The notes beneath the pieces are model-generated. The model was given only the letters and a program-made list of their open reading frames with translations, had not been told where the DNA came from and searched no databases. The position numbers and the translations under genes are program-made. Shown here in pieces: positions 14,821-28,175 of a DNA stretch of 64,000 bases. Location of the stretch: the NCBI GenBank assembly GCA_951406725.2, contig OX597820.1, positions 70,246,001-70,310,000 on the forward strand. The letters are read 5' to 3'. The stretch is from Octopus vulgaris (lineage: Eukaryota). Position 1 is the first letter of the stretch. Every line of letters begins with the position of its first letter.

Positions 14821-15907
14821 TCAGAAAGCTATCCGAATGAAATCCGTTCTGATGACTGTAATTTGATAGCATCTCAGACGTTCTGCTGGTAGATATCACT
14901 GGCTGTTTCAATATTTGTTGAAGTTTTGTCTGTGAACAATCAAACCAAGGAATGAGATGACTCGGCACAATTGTTTGGACGATGATGATTTGGCACGGTT
15001 GATTGGACATTCAACCTGTTTTGGTGTTAGTACGGTTTGGCACTGGAGGCTAACTCACATGCACACAGACACATACATACATACACACACACACACATAT
15101 ATATGCACGAGAATGTGAGAGATAAAGAGAAAAGGAGAGATACAGATGTTACAATGCAAAAATAACTCGAAGCTTTGATGCATAAACAAAAAGAGAATGT
15201 GAGTGAGTGAGTGAGCGAGAGAGAGACGAAGAGAGAGAGATAGGAAGAATGGGTAAGAAAGAGACAGAACGAGAGAAAGAGAGAGAAAGGGAGATCGGAG
15301 ATCAAAACGAGAGAAATATTGGTTTTAAATTTTGGCACAGGCCCAGCAATATTGGGGGGAGGGAATGAATCGATCACATCGACCCAGTGTACAGCTGGTA
15401 CTTATTTTATCAACTCCGAAATGATGAAAAGCAAAGTCGACCTCGGCGGAATTTGAACTTTGAACGTAATGACGGACGAAACTGAGAAAACTTAAATCAG
15501 ATTATATAACAATATAACGTTAAATGTTTTTGCTAACAAGGCTGGTTAACCGGTTTCAATGGCATACAAGGGACCGAATTCCAAACATTCTTCCTGAACA
15601 GGCAGCCGGTCCGTTGCACCAATTTTGAGGGGAGGGGGCACTGACTCCTGTACTTGACCAGTACTTTATTTTCTCCACCCAAAGGGATGAAAGGCAGAAA
15701 TGGATTCGGCGAGATTTTAGCACAGAACGTAAAGGGCCGCAAGAAATAAAGGCAACTTTTCAATGAACGTTTCCATGGGAATTGCTATTTATTGTTTATT
15801 AACAAATTGCATAATAAAAATAACCGATGAACAAAATAACCGATCCATTTTATCAGAAAATAACAATCCATACTATTTGGATAGATAGATGGATGGAAAG
15901 ATAGATT

Positions 15908-16004
<97 letters not shown>

Positions 16005-16093
16005 GAGTTAAAGAAGAATTTGCTACGTATGATGCAGGCTACAGACTAAAAATTACTGATGGCTTTTACTTAGTCTGACCATCATTTACTTAC

Positions 16094-16169
16094 CTCACAG
16101 TAACAATTTTATCGACATATTTGGCAGCAGTCGCAAACGAATTCGAACCGACCATTGGTATGGACAAAC
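16094..16169 (-). CDS. Threonine dehydratase coding exon 8 (absent from the ORF track)
   Basis: attcag|GT-LSIPMVGSNSFATAAKYVDKIVTV-AG|GTAAGT; 76 nt, phase 1 to 2; gives SLAEGLSIPMVG. Confidence 0.92.
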
Positions 16170-17778
16170 CTGAATAGCAGAATCAATAAGATAGTAATTA
16201 CGGTATATTATCATAAATAAAAAAGACAAAACAAGCATGATACAACAAATCCTTGTTTATCACAAAGATTTAGTTTAAAAAAACGCGATAAATAAATTAG
16301 TGATAAATGAATCACTTCCAAACACTTTGTAAGCAGTGCGAATGGTAGATTCATTGATATCAAACTAGGGGCCCACAGCGACGAAACTTTTACCATCATG
16401 TGTTTTATTGATCTTCTTCATCTGTTCTTGTTGAAAATACACTCGCCTACAACTTTTGTAATTTTTCTGTTCCCTTGTCCCATGTTAACCGAAATATGTA
16501 CGTTAAGCGACATAAAAAATGCGTAGTCTTGCCGCAAGATGAGATTCAAACACAAGTGATAATCAGCGCATTTTGGGCTACTGAGTATTATGGAGATCGC
16601 TGGGACTCACTTTTGCAGTACAATATATATATACACACATATATACATATGAAAGGAAGCATAAAAATGTTAAGTAGAAATCCTTAGGTACTGTGAAAAA
16701 CACTAATCTTTGACTAACATAATTCTGATAATTTCATCCGAACAGGAAATATCATTTTCAAGTCTTATTGTGATCTCATCAGTATTCATATCACTGCTTT
16801 ATCGAGGAGCAGCGGACATAGATGAGCAAGTATGTACCCTGGTTTGCTTACAAAAACAAAATTATTTCATAGTTTAGATTACATTTATTAATCTTTTTTT
16901 GTCATCACTACATTGGCACCTACAAATACTACGGTTAAAGCTATACTTCCTGACCGGAAAAATACATTTACTAGTCAGAGTGAGAATGTAGAGGCCATGG
17001 ATACAACCTCGTCCTTCACGCCAAGCCACATTCGAAGTCTAGAAGCATTTTAATGCTTCTTTAGTACTAATTTACCTATTGTTACGTATGTAGATAACGT
17101 CTCTAAGCTATATATAAGTATATATGAATGTCCCCACTCCCTCACATTTCTCTGTCATTCTCACTTTGCACCTCACTGATTCTGTCGCCAAGCCAATCCT
17201 TGGCACGATCTCTTTCTTCTCCCCTCTTTAATTCCTTCTTTCACTCGCTTCTCCCCTCTTTGGTGCCTTTGTCCCTCTTTTTTTCTCTCTCTCTTTGATT
17301 CCTTTGCCCCCTTCTTTTTCTCTCTTTTCTCCTCTCACGTGACCGCTGGTCAACCAGCCTTTTCGCTTCCGACCACTGCCGCGAGAACATCGTTTTCTTC
17401 GTCTGCCGATAAAGGCATTTTTTCCAAAATACGCCAGCTAAACTAAGTTGTACTGTCTATCGTCGTAAGACAACCGATGTTTTTGTCCTGTTATTACTAT
17501 TATTGCTTTTTGTATTTATATTCGTGTGGCATCGTCCGTTTTTCTGTCCCTGTTTCATATACATTCGATCCTTTTTCCAAGAAATCTAATGCTCGTAGCT
17601 TAGTTTTTCCTTGGGGATGGCCGGATCGGAGCGATCTCAAGATTAATCAGCCGAAATTGCGAGGATGATCCGGTTCTTGACCGAAGATTGAAGGCTTCGA
17701 ATGCCCCGTCCGTGTTTTTTGTATCGTCTTCTAAATGTTTTGCGTTCTTGTCCCAGTTTGTATTTTTTTACATATACA

Positions 17779-17835
<57 letters not shown>

Positions 17836-17867
17836 TGTATGTATTTATGAATGCATGCATGTATGTA

Positions 17868-17931
<64 letters not shown>

Positions 17932-18789
17932 CATATATATATTATGCGTGCATGCGCGTATGTGTGTGTGTGTGTGTGTGTAGAATTTTGGTTTAGTAGG
18001 GTTGTGATTCGATTCTTGGTGGCGCGTTGCGTCCTTAAGCAAGACACTTTATTTTACGTTGCTCCAGTCCACTCAATTGGCAGAAATTAGTAGTACTTGT
18101 AAATCAAAGGGACAGCTTTGTCACATTTATTTCATGATGAATCTTCCTCAGAAGAACGTTAAGGGTGCGCGTGTTTGGGCAGATTTCAGTCACTTGCACA
18201 TTAATGTCACCGACGGAATTCTAGGTATTTAGTTATGCGTGTATGTATGCATGTCTGTATGTGTTATGTATGTATGTATGTATGTATGTATGTATGTATG
18301 TATGTATTTATGTATGTATGTATGCATGCATGCCAGTCAATTTCTCGTTCTGAAAATCCTTGTTTATCCAGATTCTCCTTTACTAACAAAAGCATTTACT
18401 AACAAAAACTTTTAAAATCTTTCTGTTATGGAAAACACTAACAAAACCTAGTGCTCCAATTATTGTTGGTATAAATATGAATTCATAGTCTGGATATAGA
18501 AGCTGGAAGTTTCAAAGCAGTTGTCGATAGATATCCTCTTTTTCTTTGATTTTCAAAGATATATTTATATCTGCAGGGCAGCTGACCTCTATGATGGTAC
18601 ATACCTTTCGTTACGTTCTGAGTTCAAATTCCGCCGAGGTCGACTTTGCCTTTCATCCTTTCGGGGTCGATTAAATAAGTACCAGTTACGCACTGGGATC
18701 GATGTAATCGACTTAATCCATTTGTCTGTCCTTGTTTGTCATCTCTGTGTTTAGCCCCTTGTGGGTAGTAAAGAAATAGGTACATACCT

Positions 18790-19130
18790 TTGCCCCTCTG
18801 TCCCAAACAACAATATCCGGCCTGTTATGTTTGCATTTGACAGAAGTTTTGATGGGAATATTCCACCAGTATTCCTTGGGTTGGTGTTTATGAATGTATT
18901 CCATAACAGAGAGATTTTTAAAGTTTATTTCAGGACAGTCTTTTTTTCGGATGGCATTGTAAATTGTTTTAGCCACAACATCGTGCGGCATAGGTGGGTA
19001 GTACCGTGACGATATTTTAGGACAGCTGCTAATTAAATGCGTAATGTCTTCCATAGAAATATGAAATAGCCTACACATGCAGTTGCATCTTGGGAATACA
19101 AGAGCATCAATGTTTCTCTTGTTCACCAGG
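18790..19130 (-). mobile_element. RLE-clade (R4/Dong/NeSL-like) non-LTR retrotransposon fragment: Zn knuckle and restriction-like endonuclease
   Basis: CRL.....EDITHLISSC...Y...HDVVAK...WWNIPIKT....HNRPDIVVWD. Confidence 0.85.
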
Positions 19131-19157
19131 TACTTTGCGGCAATCTCCTGTTCCTAG

Positions 19158-19188
<31 letters not shown>

Positions 19189-19294
19189 TGTATGTATGTA
19201 TGTATGTATGTATGTATGTATGTATGTATGTATGTATGTATGTATGTATGTATGTATGTATGTGTGTATGTGTGAATGTTGTAAAGCAACTTAC

Positions 19295-19385
19295 CTTCAG
19301 CCAGGCTTGGATTTGGATTAGTATAGGTTGGTGTACCGCTTTTTACTGCTGCTGTGTAATTGGCGCACGCTTCTGCCTCTACACC
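19295..19385 (-). CDS. Threonine dehydratase coding exon 7
   Basis: ttcttcag|GVEAEACANYTAAVKSGTPTYTNPNPSLAE-G|GTAAGT; 91 nt, phase 0 to 1. Confidence 0.92.
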
Positions 19386-19669
19386 CTGAAGAATCATTAA
19401 TAAAACACTAACAACAATAATAACAACAATAACAATAAGAGATTGATGGTAATCCTTCTTATAATAATTGAACGTACATCTGTTCGTATGCTGTGACACT
19501 TTTGTAAATAGCCTTTATTTGTGTGCTCAACTGGTATTTATTTGATCCATCCTGAAAGGATGAAAGTTCACCTCAGTGGAATTTAAATTCAGAGCGTAGA
19601 GAACATTAAGAAATACAGTGAAGTACTTTTTGTTTGACGGGTTAACGACTCACCGAGTCACCACTTTAA

Positions 19670-19763
<94 letters not shown>

Positions 19764-20459
19764 TCCCCACTATCCTTAAAAATGTTTTAGCCCGAATATT
19801 GATTTCAAATTCTGACGCAAGACCAGCAATATCGGGGGAGGAGTTACATCGACCCCAGAACTTAACTGATACACATTTTATCGATCCCGAAAGGGTAAAA
19901 GGCAAATTCGACCCCGGTGAAATTTAATCTCAGAACGTAAAGACGGACGAAATAACGCTAAGCATTTTGTCCGATATGCTGTCGAGTCTGCCAGCTCGCC
20001 GCCTCATAACAGTGTAATATTTACATGTGTTTTGATGACTTGCTGTATTGAACTGTCATCTGGAGGATGTGAACCGTTGCAGAATTGAAGTTGATCACTC
20101 GTTAACAGATGTCCCTGAACGAGGTAGGTGAGTTAAATTATTCATGCGAAAAAGAAAAAAATGCGCATGGCTAAAAGAAGTTTAGGACTATAACATTGAT
20201 TCTTTATAGGCCAAAAGGGCCCCAAAAAGACATTTAGGACAATCTAGAGAGATTGTGAGAAATTGTGAGAAATTTACACAATTCTATGTAAACAGTAAAA
20301 GAACAACAGCAATTAGCAAAAAGTACTAAAAACAAAATCCTGAGTAGGTGGGAAATGCCACGTAGGAGCAACCAAGGAACTCACTAATCCCGATTCATTC
20401 TGCTTATCAGGTGTACCATGGTATGGGTTTCTCTTTATTCTGTAGTTCTCAGCCTACAG

Positions 20460-20720
20460 GCGCCAACTTTCAGTAAGCCCACTCCCTTGGGCCATCCTCA
20501 CCACGTTCAACCAATTTTCAACAAGTTTACTGGGGAGTAGCACATTCCTCTCAAACCTCACTTTCCTTTCCTAATAACATTTTTATTAGTCAATGAGAAC
20601 TTGACCGAAGGGGAAATTGGCTGTTTTCAGCCCTTTCAATCTCGTCCGCCACACAACTTTTTTTGCTGCAATCACCAGACATAGGAAAACTGCCTACCTT
20701 TCCCTAAAAATAAAAAAGGA
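20460..20720 (-). mobile_element. L1/Tx1-like LINE ORF2 C-terminal remnant
   Basis: VFLCLVIAAK, then after a frameshift KVVWRTR...RKVRFER...NW; AKxxxWxxR pattern. Confidence 0.5.
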
Positions 20721-22299
20721 ATGCGACATAGCACTACCAGTGCTCTCCACCACAATATAACAACAGTTACGTTGTTTCAAAGAGCAATGGTGGTAAAATT
20801 ATCGGAGGTATTTGAAGAAAACGAATTTAAAAACAAGACAGATTGAAGGGAAAATAAATGGAAAACGAGATAAAATGTAAATTGAAGGAAGAAAACAAGA
20901 TAAACAAATATTTGTGTGACTAAAAGACTATTTCCAAATGTTATGAGATTCTCTTGTTTGATGCAAATGAGATATTTGTTGATTCATTTGTTAATATTCT
21001 TAATAAGTATCAGATTTCTCAAATGAAATATTTCTAAAATTGCACAAGTAAATTTATAAAAGCATTTTTCTGTGTTATTATAGAGGATTATTTGGCAAGA
21101 AATTGGATTATGTAATCATCAAGACTCTGTTAACTAGTTGTGATAAGGTTACATCAAAGACTGTGACAACATCGTATCTAATTCCGCATATTAACCTTTG
21201 TGTAAAATGCACAGCTCAGGTCATATTTACCGAGAAACATGAAATTGTTTACTCATAAAATACGTTTCAAACTTGTATGCAGGAACAGCAATACTCTTCT
21301 AAGTGACCTTAATGTTCTCGTATTTATCACAACGTATTTGTTTGACATTTGTCATAAACTTGACACTTGATTCGCTTATCTGAAAATAGGCCTACAAGTT
21401 CAACGGAATTCTAAGTTCTAAATCTGATCAAAATACATTATTAATACAAACGACATATATAAAACAGCCAACTAAAAGGAATATGAGACACGGTTTGTTT
21501 TGTTTGCTTTTTATTTGAAGGCTAATTTCTGCAGGGTAAGAGTATTACTGATATTTGTTTATAGATCAGCTAATGGCGTAAACAGAACAGCGAATTGCAC
21601 GAGTCGTTAGATTATTGTGTAGAAGGCGTCATGTTACGTGTTCCGACTCTGTAAATTAAGAACAAATTACGTTAAGGTCAACTTTGCCTTTTCTCATTTC
21701 GGAATGGATAAAAAGTTCCAATCCAGGAATGTCAAAACTGTTAGACGGTTGGGTAAGATGCCGAGCAGTATTTGTTTGAGCAGAAACAGCGATTTTTAAC
21801 GGAGGTGCACCCCAAAAATAATGAATTGTCAGCGAGAAGTAGCTTTATCAATTAGTTAAAGAATCCCTGTTCTCGCCCACGAACTCGAAGAAAGAAAGAA
21901 AGAAAGAAGGAAAAAGAAAGAGAGAGAGAGAAAAAAGAAAGAAAGAAAGAAAGAAAAAGAAAGAAAGAAAGAACAAAGAAATTTGTTTTGGTGCTGCATT
22001 CAAACTAGAGGTTTTCACTAATTAAGATAGAAAACATCTGACGCTAATTAAAATGCATTTCTCAAGATCCCTTACATAACAAACTCTTCAATTCCCATAA
22101 CAAGGTTAGTTACTTCTACTTAGAAAATATCGCTTGCAGCATTGCATGATCAATCAGACGCAAACACGCACTTCTTCGCCCTACACTCCAGCTTATAACT
22201 ACAGAAATATTATAAGCAGCTCATTGGGAAGATTCTGCCTCCTCAAAGACTGTATACCACTCTCACACCATCTGATCACTTCATAACACTATTCAGACA

Positions 22300-22600
22300 T
22301 GAGAACCAGTGATTTTATGGAAAATACGCACAGAATCTCCTTCAGGTTTGATGACAAAACAAACACCTTTCCCTGTCCTGCCTCACCTTGGAGGCTCTAA
22401 GACCGTCGAAACACTTTCCTCGACATCACATGGAGCATCCTTGACAAGGCTATTCTATACTCACCCGGATCTCGTAATTACCAAATATGCGCTCGTGAGA
22501 AACTGCGCATACTCCACGAGCCCTCACTATCTATCAATAGAAAAAATGGCCTATCATATTGTTGATACCAGCGGCAAACCCCATTAATGAACTTCAAGCT
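22300..22600 (+). mobile_element. Penelope-like GIY-YIG endonuclease C-terminal remnant
   Basis: DITWSILDKAILYSPGSRNYQICAREKLRILHEPSLSINRKN, in a frame other than the listed ORF. Confidence 0.7.
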
Positions 22601-23859
22601 CCTGGCTGCTGATATTCCGGATATACTACCCTAGGCAGAATACATAAAAGGCAGAATAAACAAATTCCTGCTACATGTAGACACTGCGTCAGACTCATTT
22701 GTAACCTAACGCCATCAAATCCGCCACACCTACGTGACAACTGTTGTTGCTAAAGTTATCCAATTCAACAGAATGATAATGAATTAACAGATTGGCGCCA
22801 ACATCTTGTCTAGTTCGCAACAATGTAAAGAAATAGTAAAGCTGAATTTTATTGACAAAATTGTGATATGCGGACCTAACAAAAAAAAAAAAAAGAACTG
22901 ATGTCGCTTTGATAGCATAAAATCCCCATGTCAAAATACATAGAAGCTATCTTAAATTTCTATTAAGTTCTATCCATTCTATGTATGGGCATCTGACAAG
23001 CTGGACCTAGAATACGACGAAACTTTACGTGACGCTGAGTCAAACTGTTCTCTTTTATTCTCTCTTTTACTTGTTTCAGTCAGTTGACTGTGGCCATGCT
23101 GGTGCACCACCTTTAGTCGAGCAAATCGACCCCAAGACTTATTCTTTGTAAGCCTAGTATTTATTCTATCGGGTTCTTTTGCCGAACCGCTAAGTTACGG
23201 GGACGTAAACACACCAGCATGGGTTGTCAAGCGATGTTGGGGGAGTGACAAACACAGACACACAAACATATACACACATACATAGATATATACATATATA
23301 TATATATATATACATACGACGGGTTTCTTTCAGTTTCCGTCTACCAAATCCACTTTGGTCGGCCCGAGGCTATAGTAGAGGACACTTGCCCAAGGTACCA
23401 TGCAGTGGGACTGAACCCGGAATCATATGGTTCGTTAGCAAGCTACTTACCACACAGTCAGTCCTACGCCATGTATACATATACATAAGTGACGTCTCGA
23501 ATAGGCATCTTGCCTTTTTTCATTTAGTCTTTTATTCAAAAATTTCTTCGAATTGCTATATGTTTTCGACAAGAAACATTACGATTTTGCCAAATAAAGA
23601 ACTTTGCAAAATTTAACTTTCACCCTCACCCCAAATTTTTCCTTTTTAAAATTACGATCTTTCCTTTCTCTTCTTTTTACTTTTTCTTTCTTTCTCGTTT
23701 TTTTTTTTTTTTTTTTGTAAGTTTAAGAACATTGAAATTTTGAAATTTCTTTCTTTTCTTTCATTTTCATTTTCAAAATTGTAATCTCCTTCATCACAAC
23801 AGTGAAAAAGAATTACAGTTTTCGAAATCGAATAATTTGCCCACTTCCACAAACGATCG

Positions 23860-24240
23860 CTGTCTCCTTGTATTTCCTCCTTGTATTTCCATCCATGATC
23901 TCTCAGATGACTTCTCAGTGCCATTCCAGATCTGCATGATTTGCAGCATGGGTAACGAACGAAAGTTGTAACTTACTGTACACTTCCAACTGTTTAGGTC
24001 TGCACACGTCGTCGCTCATCTATCTCCATAGGAATTTCAGTAGATGAGATGACTAATCAGGTGTTGATAAAGAAACAGTTTCACGTCACTGGATTATAGT
24101 GATAAACGCTTGTAGAACACGAGTACCACTCTTTGAATTTCCGTGATTACTACTTAGTGATATACCAAAGCGAGATGACCAGTAATCACGTGAAACCACA
24201 AGTTTCCCATCAAAGTGTCTGTCTCATAGAAGGATGTTGT
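23860..24240 (-). mobile_element. RTE-like LINE 3' remnant, highly decayed
   Basis: LWFHV (LRWxGHV-like) and terminal CCKSCRSGMALRSHLRDH zinc-finger-like motif. Confidence 0.5.
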
Positions 24241-24246
24241 GACAAA

Positions 24247-24617
24247 GGCGTCGAGCTGGCAGAAACGTTAGCACGCCGGGCGAAATGCTTAGCGATACTT
24301 CGTTTGTCTTTACGTTCTGAGTTCAAATTCCGCCGAGGTCGACTTTGCCTTTCATCCTTTCGGGGTCGATAAATTATGTACCAGTTACGCACTGGGATCG
24401 ATACAATCGTCTTCATCCATTTGTCTGTCCTTGTTTGTCCCCTTTGTGTGTAGCCCCTTGTGAGCAGTAAAGAAATAGGTACTTCGTCTGTCTTTATGTT
24501 CTGAGATCAAATTCCGCCGAGGTCGACTCTGCCTTTCATCTTTTCGAGGTCGATTAAATAAGTACCAATAACGCACTGGAGTCGATACAATCGACTTCAT
24601 CCGTTTGTCTGTCCTTG
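24247..24617 (+). mobile_element. SINE type E with tandemly repeated body
   Basis: GGCG.CGAGCTGGCAGAA head; the block GAGTTCAAATTCCGCCGAGGTCGACTTTGCCTTTCATCCTTTCGGGGTCGAT occurs twice about 185 bp apart; related copies near 15320-15480-, 18605-18782+, 19800-20003-, 34465-34620+, 39805-40160+, 49990-50350+. Confidence 0.8.
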
Positions 24618-25081
24618 AGCCATCGACAAGGAGTTTCCAAAATTCAGTATCTAAGATTCACTTTCAACTTCATATCATTTGCGCACCAGGATCCCTAGAG
24701 ACCTGTCAGGGGCAAAGTATGACTGAACTTGGGTTCTTGGGGAGATAACGCAACCCATTAATTATTACACTAGAAATTATCACAGTATCTGGGATTATAA
24801 AATTCTGCAAGACTCTCTTAAGATTTAAAGGAGGATGAACAAAACAAAATTCTTTCTTTCACAACATTGCTACTAAGCAGGTGCCCGATCAAAATTAAAT
24901 CTAAATTAAAAAGAGAAAAAGAACCTCGCGCATGCGCACATGTATGTATACACAGAGGAGATGTAGCTGCATGGTTAAGAAGTTCGCGTTTACATGCTTT
25001 TGGGTTCAGTTCCTCGTGCAAGTGTTTTCTACCGCAATGAACAGATATTAGGTTATCAGTAATATAATGAAGTTACTTAAC

Positions 25082-25244
25082 AATAATTTTACAAGTTGGT
25101 ACAAGGAACTTGATTGCCACAGCACAGCCAGCGATTAATCCTCCTCCACCGACCGGTATGATGCAGGCATCTAAATCTGGAATTTGCTCCACAATTTCAA
25201 GACCCATAGTTCCGGCACCGGCTACCATATCAGGATGATCGTAT
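25082..25244 (-). CDS. Threonine dehydratase coding exon 6, glycine-rich phosphate loop
   Basis: atacag|A-YDHPDMVAGAGTMGLEIVEQIPDLDACIIPVGGGGLIAGCAVAIKFLVPTCKII|GTTAAG; 163 nt, phase 2 to 0. Confidence 0.95.
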
Positions 25245-25376
25245 CTGTATAATGGAATGAACAACAAACAGAAAAGAAACACACTTTAAAGGGATACGTA
25301 GACACATGATAAAATTATATATTCATTTTCAGCTAATAAAACGAATGGTGTTTCCTGTCACATGCTATAAACACTC

Positions 25377-25444
<68 letters not shown>

Positions 25445-25477
25445 GTCTGACTGTCTAACTGTCTAACTGTCTAACTG

Positions 25478-25558
<81 letters not shown>

Positions 25559-26077
25559 TTATCTATCTATATATCTATTTATAAATCGCTTTCTCTCTCT
25601 CTCTTTCCCTCTAAATATATGTGTGAGTATATGTATATTACTATATTTATACATGCACACACATGCATACAGAGATACATATATCAAAACAGGATATTGG
25701 GAAATTTTTGATATCATCTATTCACCATTACACGCGTTTCATTTGCTAACAGGAGTTACACAATGGTACATGCAATAGAAAATACGTAAGATACCTCCAA
25801 TTGGAAATTCTTCAAACAGAGAATCAAATAATATTAACATAGTAAGACTTGATTCTCTGTCTGAAATTTTTTACTTGTTTCAGTCATCTGACTGTGGCCA
25901 TGCTGGAGCACAACCTTTAGTCGAGCAAATCGACCCCAGGACTTATTCTATCGGTCTCTATTGCCGAACCGCTAAGTTACGGGGACGTAAACACACCAGC
26001 ATCGGTTGTCAAAAGCGATGTTGGGAGACAAACACAGACACACAAACATACACACATACATATATATATATATTTAC

Positions 26078-26129
<52 letters not shown>

Positions 26130-26452
26130 CCATACAAACAGACACATCCATACAAACAGACACACACACACAAGTTAATTTCTTTCGCTCAATTTCTATA
26201 CATTAAAAAAACATAGGTAAAACCGATTCATTGCTCAGAGAACATTGCCCGACTCCTTAACTGCATGACCGTGCAAACATCCACATAAACACAAGACATG
26301 TTTACGAATAAATATTCAAATAAATATCAGAAAAAGATGTTTCTTTATGCGAAGACATGCCGGCCTCATTAGTTTAGTAGATAAATTGTTAAAACACGGT
26401 TACTAGATGTACGAAAAGACAAAAGATAAGTCGCATTTATGTAGAAACTTAC

Positions 26453-26508
26453 CCGCTGACGTAAGTGAGTTTCGATTCTTTGGATAACTGGAGGGCGTAC
26501 ATTTGAGA
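26453..26508 (-). CDS. Threonine dehydratase coding exon 5
   Basis: tttttag|SQMYALQLSKESKLTYVS-GG|GTAAGT; 56 nt, phase 0 to 2; joins the next exon as YVSGYDHP. Confidence 0.9.
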
Positions 26509-26561
26509 CTAAAAATAGAGAAACATTATCTAACCGGTTTTGCACACGACACACCATCAGT

Positions 26562-26592
<31 letters not shown>

Positions 26593-27122
26593 ACAGTTTA
26601 CGAAAATAACAAAAGATGAAGACAGGTGGTGTACAAAACAAACAGATGTATTAGTATAACGCTCAGTAATAGAAAAAGTCTTTTACGTTTCGAGCCTACG
26701 CTCTTCTACAGAAAGGACACAGAAAAAACAAGGAGAGAAACAAGGAGAGAAGAAAAATGTGTGTAGTGGCTAACGATCTATCATAGTGACTGACTCGGAC
26801 AGAAGGGTCACACACGAAAGGGAAAGTAGGGGAGATAACAAAGTAAAGATGACTCCCAACACAAAGGTGCGTGTGTGTATAAGAGAGTATGTATGTGCGT
26901 GTGAAAGAGGGCTGGTGGTCTGGGCGTGTGCGTGTATGTATGTTTAGATGTGAAAATGTGGAGATGGGTGTGTGGGTGGTGTGTTGTGATGTGATATATA
27001 TATATATTCACATACACATAGATACATATATATATAAGTATATGATATATACATATATTTAGATGGGTAGATATTCAGAGAGGTAAAGATATAGAGGGAA
27101 AGGGAGAGAGAGATCTTCTGAG

Positions 27123-27164
<42 letters not shown>

Positions 27165-27944
27165 AGAGATCTTCTGAAAGAGATCTCAGCGATTATAGGA
27201 TTACTTACGGTTTGTTAGAATTTAATATATTTATAATACACAATATCACAAACTCATGTAACCCTTTTAGTATGAATTCACAGACATCCTCTCCCCTGGA
27301 ATCCCTCATACAAACCACAAAGCATAATAATTATAGATAAAGAGCAAAAATGATAAAAGTTACATAACGACTTACATTTGTTTCAATTACAAGGAACAAT
27401 GCACACACCGCAGGCAGCACACTAACATTCACTACCGTAGCCGAAACAGCTATAAGCCAAAATCATTATAGAACGTATAGGGATGTAGTTTCCCGTTACT
27501 GTTTCAGTATAAGCAAGAAGCCTAAAATTTGATAGGATTTTGTGGCGTACAATATTTTGTGTAATCAAATATGAAATTGCTAAAACTAAAGCGTGAAATC
27601 GTTTCCACATTTGCTTATTTCGTTTTTTTTTATGTGTCTGAATAAAGGTTACAACAAGATTTGAATGAGACAATCTGGTGCAGCTGTTTTGGACACTGAT
27701 GATGTGGTGCAGCTGATTCGACATTAAGCTTATTTCTGGGACAGTGCATTTTGGCACTGAACGCAAACACGCATCCGCATGCACGCTCAGAGATATATAC
27801 ATTTTATAATTCTTTTATTCTTTTACTTGTTTCAGTCATTTGACTGTTGCCATAGTGGAATACCACCTTAAAGTGTACTTTAAATCGAAGAAATCGACTC
27901 CAGGACTTATTCCATCGGTCTCTTTTGCCGAACCTCTAAGTTAC

Positions 27945-28074
27945 TGTTATGTAGCACGTTCGGATGGCCTCTACTCAAATTCTACTCTCCTACACTGCTC
28001 GACGTCTAGACTTCTCCCTCTATATCTACGTATTGGGCTAGTCTACTTCATCGTCTGGGGGCGTCCACACAATA
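27945..28074. mobile_element. 130-bp insertion resembling a tiny solo LTR
   Basis: TSD GTTAC at 27940-27944 and 28075-28079; ends TGTTATGT...ACACAATA. Confidence 0.6.
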
Positions 28075-28175
28075 GTTACGGGGACGTAAACACACCAACA
28101 TCGTTTGTCAAGCAATGGGTAGGGACACAAATACAAAGAAACACACATAAACACACACACACACACACACACAGA

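Noticed and set aside
25075-25081. GTTAAG donor as a non-canonical intron
   Set aside because: It is a GT donor giving the correct phase; weak but not U12-type or GC-AG
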